Below, in pieces: positions 19,586 through 27,053 of a stretch of DNA of 40,161 bases. Within the stretch, counting starts at the first letter, position 1. Each line of letters begins with the position of its first letter. The notes under the pieces are model-generated. The model saw only the letters and a program-made list of their open reading frames with translations, made no database searches and had not been told where the DNA came from. The stretch is from Candidatus Sigynarchaeum calidifontis (lineage in GTDB: Archaea; Asgardarchaeota; Lokiarchaeia; Sigyniarchaeales; Sigyniarchaeaceae). The stretch is from positions 1 to 40,161 of the forward strand of contig JAUQYZ020000268.1 of assembly GCA_030587475.2 (NCBI GenBank), given 5' to 3'. The position numbers were made by a program, and so were the translations under genes.

Positions 19586-22162
19586 ATGTTTTCAAAGGCT
19601 GCACGCTGGATCTGGCTCGATTACATCACGCCGTGGGTTGTAACTGGTGAGTTCATGCACGATCGCGTCGTCGGCTTGAAGCCATGCGAGAAAAACCGGT
19701 TCGGGATGTTCCGTAAAAGCTTCACCTTGCCAATCGTGCCTGAATCCGCGATGCTTGATATCACGGTCGATGGACGCTATGAAGTATTTATTAATGGACA
19801 ATATATTGGCCGCGGGATCTACCGGTGCAACAAGCACAGCTGGTACTATGATGAATACGACATAGCACGGTTCTTGCACGAAGGCAAGAACGTGATCTGC
19901 GTGATCGCTCAATTTTTCGGCGAGCAGATGTCATGGTACGAACCCATGCCGCACGGCGGCATCGCGGGCCGCAGCATCGGCAAGGGGGGATTGCTCTTCC
20001 AGGCCGATATCAAGACGAGATGTGGAATCCTATCCTTCCACAGTGATGCAACGACCCGCGCCCGCCCGTGCGACGCGTGGCAGCAAGACGTCCCACTCGT
20101 GCAAATCGGGCTGCCCTACGTCGAAATTTTCGACGCGAGGCGGTTCCCGTGGTCGTGGCTCGACCTCGATTTCGACGATTCTGGGCCGGAATGGGGGCAC
20201 GTGGTCGAACTGCGACTCAACGACATTTTACCGGAGTTGGTTCCTTGCGACATCCCGCGGCTCGTGGAAACAAAGCGGCGAGCAGCGAGCATCACCAGCA
20301 CGGGGATCATCCAGGAGTTCTTCGACGATGAAGATATCCGCGAGTCGATGACGGACCCGGCGACCGGTCCCATAGACTTTTTCGTCCAGATGGGCAAGTC
20401 CACCTATAAATCGACGAGTTGCAGCACCGCTGCGACGTGGGCGAGCGGTCAGCCACTTGTGCTCGAGCTCGGTTCCGATCCTCGAGGCATCGTTTTCGAC
20501 ATGGGCGAGGAAGTCACCGGTTTCGTGTATCTCGATGCCGTTGCGTCCGAGCCCGGCATCACCATCGACCTCGCGTGGGGGGAGAAACTGGATCCCGCGA
20601 AGGGAAACACGATGCCACTCGTGCATGCTTTCAAGGAAAAACACGGGAGCCGGTACATCTGCCGCCAAGGAGAGAACGTGCACCGGCTATTCCACTGGTT
20701 CGGTTTTCGGTACATCCAGGCGAATGTCAAGGGGCGTGGAACGCTAATCATCCGGGATCTCGGCACGATCCTCTATAACTATCCCGTGGAACAAGCCGGC
20801 TCGTTTTCGTGCGATGACGAGCGGATCACCAAGCTCTACGAGGCTTGCACCCGAACCTTGCGAAACTGCATGCATGACGGCTACGAGGACTGTCCCAGCC
20901 GCGAGCAGCGGCAGTGGATCGGCGACGCCTACATCGAGATCCTCGTCAATTTTGCCGTGTTCGGTGACACCGCTCTCGCCAAGAAACTCATCAAGCAATG
21001 TGCCCAGAGCCAGCGGGGCGATGGCTTGACGGAGATGTGCTGCCCGGGGGATCACGAGATCCACGGCTTGCTCATCCACGATTATTGCCTGTACTGGATG
21101 AACATCGTCTACCAGTACTACTGGTACACGGGGGAGACGTCCATCATCGAGTCGATGATGCCGTCGATGCTCAAGGCCATCGGGTGGTTCACCAGGCACG
21201 TGCATCCCGTCACAGGCTTGGCCACGAACCTGCCGAACTGGACATTCATCGATTGGAGCGTCAATGACAAGTGGGGGGCGTGCTGCCCGCTAAACGCCCA
21301 CTTGTACATCACGATCAAGCAACTTGCCGAGATGGGGAAGATAATCGGTTGGGACAAGGCAATCGAGCATCTTGAGGGCATTGCAGATTCCATCGCCAAG
21401 GGAATCAATCATTACTTGTGGGACGAGCAGCGCGGTGCCTACGTCGACGCTGTCGATGTGGATGACAAGGGAGTGGTGACGCGCCGGAGCAAGAAGGTCA
21501 CGTTCCACTCCAATGCTCTCGTGATCTTGCACGGCATCGCCTCCGAGCCGAGGGTTAATCGCATCATAACCGGCGTGTTCGAGCGGCCTTACAAGGACTT
21601 GTACATCCAGAACGCGGGCACCATCTGGAGAGGCATCACGGCACCACGCCTCGACGAGGAGAGGCACGTCATAGTCGCCGAACCCTTCTTCTTTCACCAC
21701 GTCAACCAGGCGCTCGCGAAAGTGGGTCGACACGACATCATCGCACGGTTCCTCAAGGATGGCTGGTGCAAGATGCTGGATCTCGGCTCGACGACCATCT
21801 GGGAGACCTGGGGGGACTTTGGTTCGCTTTGCCACGCCTGGAGCACGACCCCGGCGCACGACCTCGCCCGGCATTGCCTCGGCGTGCGGATCACGAGGCC
21901 CGGGGCCGCAGAGGTGCTCGTGGCGCCCGCGCTGATGGGTTTATCGAAGGCCGAAGGAGCGGTTCCCACGATAAAAGGTCTCGTGAAGGTACGCTGGCGA
22001 TATGACGAGCAGCAACGTTCTTTCCTTCTCGAAATCGACGTGCCCGCTGGCATGAGCGTCTCCTGCAAGGCCCCGCGAATCGAAGGGCATGAATGCATCG
22101 AGGAAACCAGGATGGCACCGGAACGCGAGTATTCGACAAGGATGGTTTTTCAATACAAGTGA
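19586..22162 (+). CDS. GH78 alpha-L-rhamnosidase-like glycoside hydrolase
   Basis: ARWIW, FRKSF, VDGRYEVFING, GFRY, DCPSREQRQWIGD, FIDW, TTIWETW and SLCHAWS motifs. The start is near ATG 19580/19586, and no signal peptide is evident. Confidence 0.92.
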   Translation: MFSKAARWIWLDYITPWVVTGEFMHDRVVGLKPCEKNRFGMFRKSFTLPIVPESAMLDITVDGRYEVFINGQYIGRGIYRCNKHSWYYDEYDIARFLHEGKNVICVIAQFFGEQMSWYEPMPHGGIAGRSIGKGGLLFQADIKTRCGILSFHSDATTRARPCDAWQQDVPLVQIGLPYVEIFDARRFPWSWLDLDFDDSGPEWGHVVELRLNDILPELVPCDIPRLVETKRRAASITSTGIIQEFFDDEDIRESMTDPATGPIDFFVQMGKSTYKSTSCSTAATWASGQPLVLELGSDPRGIVFDMGEEVTGFVYLDAVASEPGITIDLAWGEKLDPAKGNTMPLVHAFKEKHGSRYICRQGENVHRLFHWFGFRYIQANVKGRGTLIIRDLGTILYNYPVEQAGSFSCDDERITKLYEACTRTLRNCMHDGYEDCPSREQRQWIGDAYIEILVNFAVFGDTALAKKLIKQCAQSQRGDGLTEMCCPGDHEIHGLLIHDYCLYWMNIVYQYYWYTGETSIIESMMPSMLKAIGWFTRHVHPVTGLATNLPNWTFIDWSVNDKWGACCPLNAHLYITIKQLAEMGKIIGWDKAIEHLEGIADSIAKGINHYLWDEQRGAYVDAVDVDDKGVVTRRSKKVTFHSNALVILHGIASEPRVNRIITGVFERPYKDLYIQNAGTIWRGITAPRLDEERHVIVAEPFFFHHVNQALAKVGRHDIIARFLKDGWCKMLDLGSTTIWETWGDFGSLCHAWSTTPAHDLARHCLGVRITRPGAAEVLVAPALMGLSKAEGAVPTIKGLVKVRWRYDEQQRSFLLEIDVPAGMSVSCKAPRIEGHECIEETRMAPEREYSTRMVFQYK

Positions 22163-22308
22163 TATTCCGTGGTTACAAATCGCGCGGGGAGCAACTTTCT
22201 GTCGCGCGGTCCGGGTTGAGAAAAGGCTTCAAACCACACGCGTGATCTGTTTTGGAAACACAAAACACATATATGTGTAAAGCGTTCATACAATTAGTTG
22301 GTGCGAAA

Positions 22309-23208
22309 ATGATCGATCAGAACGATAAGCAAGATGAGGCTCAGAAGACGGACTCATCCCTGCTGGATAAGCAAGATGAGGCTCAAAAGACACCAGACAT
22401 GAAAAGATTCGAGGAGGAAACCGGCCTGCGGAGCATATGGCGAGGCGTTATTACTGAAACCTATAAAAAATGGGCAAAAGGCGAAAAAGTCTACACCCGC
22501 GAAAAAGAGCGCATTGCGCTGTATGTAAGCGAGGAAGACAAGAATAAATGGCAAGAATTCATCGACAAGCAAGAAAACATGACCTTGAGCAAGCTTATCC
22601 GCACGTCGGTGAATTTTTACATCAATTTCCAACCCCGCATACCCGCGCTCGAGAAGTTGTCGAAGGTCTCGCACGACCTGAAGGAACCATTGACAATCAT
22701 AAAGGGATTTGCACAGCTCTTGATCGACAATTACAAGAACCGCCTTGACCCCGAGGTTCAAACAAAGATCAAGGAAATTTTCGACAAGAGCATCTACCTC
22801 GAAAACCAGATCAAGAAAATTCTCGAAGAAGGCGGAACCGAGACGCCATCGCTCTTCGACATCTTCATCGTCGACGATGACAGCGCTACCGTGGAGCTCT
22901 TGACCTCGTATTTTCAATTCAAAGGTGTCAAGGCCAAGGGGCTTTCCGGTAGCGATAATATCATCAAAGAGATCAAGGAAGCAAACCCGAAACTGATCCT
23001 TCTCGACGTGATCCTTCCCGAAATCGATGGATTCAAGCTTTGCAAGCAAATCAAGTCAGACAAGGCGCTCAACAAGATCAAGGTGTTTTTCGTGACAGCG
23101 GTGCCGGGTTACGAGGTAGAAAAGAAGATGGAAGAGACCCAGGCCGATGGATATTTTCTCAAGCCCTTCGACTTTTCCCAGCTCGACGGGTTAAAAAAAT
23201 ACCTGTAA
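22309..23208 (+). CDS. regulator: short N-terminal module, ribbon-helix-helix, HisKA (DHp) and receiver domain; no HATPase
   Basis: RHH-like ERIALYVSEEDKNKW..LSKLIR, H-box SHDLKEPL, and REC motifs IVDDD, LLDVILPEIDG, VTA and KPF. Start at ATG 22309. Confidence 0.85.
   Translation: MIDQNDKQDEAQKTDSSLLDKQDEAQKTPDMKRFEEETGLRSIWRGVITETYKKWAKGEKVYTREKERIALYVSEEDKNKWQEFIDKQENMTLSKLIRTSVNFYINFQPRIPALEKLSKVSHDLKEPLTIIKGFAQLLIDNYKNRLDPEVQTKIKEIFDKSIYLENQIKKILEEGGTETPSLFDIFIVDDDSATVELLTSYFQFKGVKAKGLSGSDNIIKEIKEANPKLILLDVILPEIDGFKLCKQIKSDKALNKIKVFFVTAVPGYEVEKKMEETQADGYFLKPFDFSQLDGLKKYL
22324..22391 (+). repeat. in-frame direct repeat, 26 bp x2 (42-nt period, 1 mismatch), encoding DKQDEAQKT twice
   Basis: gataagcaagatgaggctcagaagac (22324) versus gataagcaagatgaggctcaaaagac (22366). 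Confidence 0.9.
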
Positions 23209-23550
23209 CGCGCCACGATATAGTACCGTTATTTTAACTTTTTTTTCAAGCCGCCTTTTCGCTTTGATATCGCATGTCAATAAAGGCAACCAGGCCAATC
23301 GAGAAAGGCATTGATTGTCCGGTAATGACAAGATTGTACAGACGGGCTCGGTTAGGCAAGCTCAGCACGCGTTTGCACGATAATTCTGTGGCATTGCATC
23401 ATTCTTTTGCAAAGGTTTATTAAGACGTTTTTTCTCTATCACTATCAGCTGGTGCGAATTGAAACGAGACTTGAGACGTGCGGGTGGTAATAAGATGCGA
23501 TCGCCACTTCACCACGCAAGAAAAAAAAAGACAGCCCGAGGCGAACATGA

Positions 23551-23976
23551 ATGATAATCGAAAAACAAGCCAACGAGAAAAAATTCGACGATGTGGAGCT
23601 GGAAAGGATGGTTAAAGACATGGTGAAACAAGCCGATGATGCGATGCAAAGGGGAGATTTCGAGGGCGCCGCGCGTGCGTTCAAGGAAGCTGCCGTGGCA
23701 TCTTTCGAGCTCGGGAAGATCGAGGAGGCAATGCAGCTTCTCGACCGCCAAGAGAACGCGAGCCGCCAACAGGTGGCCGCGGGCCCGCGGATCGCTAAAT
23801 ATCTCATTGCTTTGCAAGTTAAGGTCAACAATGCCCTGGAATCAGGGAAACACGGCCAGGCGAGGGATTTGCTCAAGCAGATGCTGGCCATTGCAGAGCA
23901 AGCACGGGACATACCCGCGATCAAGTCCATCAAGCAGCAACTCGTTTTCGTGATGCGGCTGCAAGAGAAAAAATGA
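23551..23976 (+). CDS. small TPR-like alpha-helical protein
   Basis: TPR-like helix pairs (ADDAMQRGDFEGAARAFKEAA; ALESGKHGQARDLLKQMLAIAE). Confidence 0.7.
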   Translation: MIIEKQANEKKFDDVELERMVKDMVKQADDAMQRGDFEGAARAFKEAAVASFELGKIEEAMQLLDRQENASRQQVAAGPRIAKYLIALQVKVNNALESGKHGQARDLLKQMLAIAEQARDIPAIKSIKQQLVFVMRLQEKK

Positions 23977-24006
23977 TCAAGTGGAAGTAAACCCGTTCCA
24001 ACCATT

Positions 24007-24855
24007 CTATTTCTTCGTGAATCCTCGCATGAGCAGGATGCCAGCGATGATCATGGCAGCCCCAAGCACCGTGGTCCACCAGATCTCGTAACCAGGCAGC
24101 AGCAACACTTGATACAAAAGCGGGACGATCACGTACGCCGTATCGTAGGCCGGGACGAGGATGCTCGCTGGCGCTTTCCGCGCGAACCCGAGCTGCGTGA
24201 AGAGAAAGGCGAGAAACGCGATGGCGAAAGACGACAGGAATATCACCCACCCGATTACACTGCCTAAATCTTGCTGGCCCAGCATCTTGAAGATGATGTC
24301 CTGCCCGCCGAATCCCCCGGCCGTGATCCCGAACGCGATACCGATGTTCCTGGTGTTCTTTGTCCGCATGGCGGCTATCATGAGGGCGGCCGCAAACACG
24401 GCGAAGATGATCGTGAACAAGTAGGAGGCCCCCTTACTGATGGTTTCCTCGGCATATTCCGGCCGGAAAAATGCTTCCAGGCCGAGCACCAGCGTCCCCC
24501 CGATGATCACCGCGGCACCTATTGCTTCCCGGCGGTTCACGGGCTCGTGCAAGACCTTGACGGAGTAGACCATGAGCACGACGAGGCCAATCCCGAACAT
24601 CGACGTCACGAGTGACGGATATGCACCGAATGAATTAGCGATGATGAGCCAGACAGGCTCGACGTTGTTCAAGACAACGCCGGCGAGATAGAGCACGGGT
24701 TTCTTGACGCTTCCCTCGATTTCCAGGTGTTCCTTCCGGATCTTGGCGCGGATCTGGTCATAGATCTCTATCCCTTGGCGCTGCATCGACTTCGCTATGT
24801 GTAACTGCACGGTGTCGGCGATGCCACAAAGGATAGCCGCGATAATCGCCCACAT
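24007..24855 (-). CDS. DMT-superfamily (NIPA/EamA-like) membrane transporter
   Basis: About 9 TM segments, the DMT-like VLHEPVNRREAIGAAVIIGG motif, and a NIPA-like N-terminal helix followed by QRQG. Confidence 0.72.
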   Translation of the reverse strand: MWAIIAAILCGIADTVQLHIAKSMQRQGIEIYDQIRAKIRKEHLEIEGSVKKPVLYLAGVVLNNVEPVWLIIANSFGAYPSLVTSMFGIGLVVLMVYSVKVLHEPVNRREAIGAAVIIGGTLVLGLEAFFRPEYAEETISKGASYLFTIIFAVFAAALMIAAMRTKNTRNIGIAFGITAGGFGGQDIIFKMLGQQDLGSVIGWVIFLSSFAIAFLAFLFTQLGFARKAPASILVPAYDTAYVIVPLLYQVLLLPGYEIWWTTVLGAAMIIAGILLMRGFTKK

Positions 24856-24881
24856 GATGGAATAATGGAGTGCGCGGGTGA

Positions 24882-26318
24882 TTAAGGACCTTGCCAGCGA
24901 AACGTGGCGATCGACTGGCGCGGCAGCTCGAGCGCCGCGTTATGCCCCCGCCACGAAAGCGTGACGTTCAAGGGCTTGCGCCGGCGATTCACGACGATCG
25001 ACACGATCGTGCCGTCAGGATTCTTGAAGGAAACCTCGGACACCAGCAGCGGCGTGCGGGTCGTCGACGCGACCCGCATGGCTCCCCGCTGGATGAATTT
25101 CGAGAAATGGGAGATGATGTAATACTCGAACCGTGCCAGGATGCCGGGTAGCGGGAAGGCATGTTCCTTGGGAAGAAAGTCCTCGATGGCAGCCTCGGTG
25201 CCTGGCACGACCGGTTGCAAGAGCGACCGTCTCGCCTTGAAGGGACCGATGTTCGGGTTCCCGGCCGTGTCGATGAAGGGCACCCAACCCGTGTAGGACA
25301 TGCACCAGTTCTTGAAATAAGATGCGACCAGGCTTGCACCGAAAAGCCAGGGGATACTCCCTTCTGTCACGTGGAGCGACTTCGTGGGAAAATGATCGTG
25401 GAACTTGCCGAGCACGCCGGGCGTGAGAAGGCTCTGCTCGTAAGGATGAAATGCGATTCCATCCACGAACCGCGCAGCTTCGGCATCGCGCAATACCGTG
25501 AACGGATATTTGTACGGCTTGAGAAAGCCCCAGTTGTGATCGAAGCACCAGATCCGCGTGGCCAAGCCGGCCTTCTCGATCTTGGGGCCGAGGTGATGCT
25601 TGATGAAGTCCCGCTCGTTCTCCGCGTCCCACCAGCACGTGGGCATCAAGTACCAGTTATGATGGGGTTCATTCTGGACGGTCATGGCGTGGATATCGAT
25701 GCCTTCTGCCTTGTAGGCTTGCAAGTACCGCACCAGGTACTCTGCATACGCGTCGTAGTAGGCCGGGTTCAGCTTACCGCTACACATGCCCTTGCCGCCT
25801 TCGACCTCCACCTTTCCCTTCCGAAACTTCCCCCCGGGCAGTTTCATCCACCCGGGCGGGCTCCAGGGCGACGAGAAGAACAAGATGCCCGGGTTGATCT
25901 CCTTTGCCAACTTGGCGACAGGGATGATGTATTGTCTATCTTTCTCGATCGAGAAGCGCTTCAGTTCCGGGTCGATTTCTCCCGCGGGCATGTCATCGTA
26001 TGAATAGAATTCATAGGTAAAATCCGGGGTGCCGATGCAGAGCCGCCACAAGTTCATTCCAGCGCCTTTCACGGGATCGACGAGCAATTCCAGCACTGCC
26101 CGGCGCTTGTCAAGCGGCAGTTGCATGAGGTTATAGCAGCTGGTGTGCTCGAAGCTGTAGCCGATGCCCAGGACGTCCTGGTACGTTTTCGTCTCGTCGA
26201 CCTTGATTTCCAGCCCACGATGCGCTGGTGATTGGCGATCCGCGAATTCGAGCGGATCCATGCGCTTCAAGCAATAACCCTTGAGCCTCGTCGAGAGATA
26301 GACTTCGATGGAGGTCAT
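24882..26318 (-). CDS. GH30 glycoside hydrolase (glucosylceramidase-like)
   Basis: TYQDVLGIG, YSYDD, SSPWSPPGWMK, TVQNEP (acid/base), FDHNW, AFHPY, VTEG (nucleophile) and HFSKFI motifs. The start was moved to ATG 26318. Confidence 0.92.
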   Translation of the reverse strand: MTSIEVYLSTRLKGYCLKRMDPLEFADRQSPAHRGLEIKVDETKTYQDVLGIGYSFEHTSCYNLMQLPLDKRRAVLELLVDPVKGAGMNLWRLCIGTPDFTYEFYSYDDMPAGEIDPELKRFSIEKDRQYIIPVAKLAKEINPGILFFSSPWSPPGWMKLPGGKFRKGKVEVEGGKGMCSGKLNPAYYDAYAEYLVRYLQAYKAEGIDIHAMTVQNEPHHNWYLMPTCWWDAENERDFIKHHLGPKIEKAGLATRIWCFDHNWGFLKPYKYPFTVLRDAEAARFVDGIAFHPYEQSLLTPGVLGKFHDHFPTKSLHVTEGSIPWLFGASLVASYFKNWCMSYTGWVPFIDTAGNPNIGPFKARRSLLQPVVPGTEAAIEDFLPKEHAFPLPGILARFEYYIISHFSKFIQRGAMRVASTTRTPLLVSEVSFKNPDGTIVSIVVNRRRKPLNVTLSWRGHNAALELPRQSIATFRWQGP

Positions 26319-26379
26319 ATGGATAGTAACGATGCTGACACGACTAATAAAAGCGATGCTGGAAAAAAGGGAGAAGATA

Positions 26380-26446
26380 CCTGGCCCGCCGTGGCTAGAC
26401 ACCGGGCACGGGACCTCGCCGGGTTTGCATCCCGTGCCTGGCCAGG
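26380..26446 (-). promoter_or_regulatory. nested stem-loop in the 3' UTR of the selenoprotein gene (candidate SECIS element)
   Basis: mRNA CCUGGCC-A-GGCACGGGA-UGCAAACCCGGCGAGG-UCCCGUGCC-...-GGCCAGG forms a 9-bp inner and a 7-bp outer helix starting 8 nt after the stop. No canonical AUGA/GA quartet is visible. Confidence 0.45.
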
Positions 26447-26454
26447 ATGCGAAT

Positions 26455-26931
26455 TCACTTGTTGAGACCATCGAGCACCGCGAGTATCGCGTCGTTTTTC
26501 GGGATATCAGACATGGAATCACCGAAATACGCGTACCGGATGATGCCTTGCTTGTCGGCGACAAGGATCGCTGGCATCCGGCCGAGCTTGCTGATAGCGA
26601 CTTCCTGGTGCAATTCTTTCACGACGGTCTTTTTCTGGTCAAAATATATCGGGATCTGACAATCATCGCATGTTGATGCGAGTTTTTTTGCTCCATTCTC
26701 ATTATCAACAAGGATCGGGACGAGTACCGCGTTTGCCGCCTCGAACTTGCCACGATCCTTGTTTAATTGGCGCAGATGCGCTTGACAATAGGGTCATAGC
26801 TTGTTCCGCAGCAAAACGACCACCACGTTCTTGGATCCCTTGAACGAATCCAAAAGAACGTGCCGTCCACCGATACCGGGCAACTCGACCGTGCCGATTG
26901 GCTTCCCGACCATGGAATACTTGTCCTTCAT
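26455..26931 (-). CDS. peroxiredoxin-like (AhpC/TSA, thioredoxin-fold) selenoprotein, UxxC motif
   Basis: Manual translation: MKDKYSMVGKPIGTVELPGIGGRHVLLDSFKGSKNVVVVLLRNKL-TGA-PYCQAHLRQL...LVPILVD...IPIYFDQKKTVV...GRMPAILVADKQGIIRYAYFGDSMSDIP...LNK*. The TGA at 26794-26796 is codon 46, at the redox-active position. Confidence 0.88.
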
Positions 26932-27053
26932 GGTGATAGAATTCGCGTCGACGCGGGAGATTAACCTTGCGTGTATCGATTATTACCGTCGGCGTGGTAT
27001 TGCAGAAATGAGTCTTTTTTTCCACGCCCGACCCTATTCTTTCTAGATCCCAG

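Noticed and set aside
26455-26931. Interpreting the Prx-like gene as a nonsense pseudogene
   Set aside because: The single stop falls exactly at the catalytic position of a UxxC motif and there are no other lesions. Sec recoding is more parsimonious, though unproven.
26308-27046. ORF-track calls 26308..26676 (+), 26447..26659 (+), 26705..27025 (-), 26801..27046 (+) and the N-terminal extension of the GH30 ORF
   Set aside because: All are shadow or off-frame ORFs over the UGA-containing peroxiredoxin-like gene.
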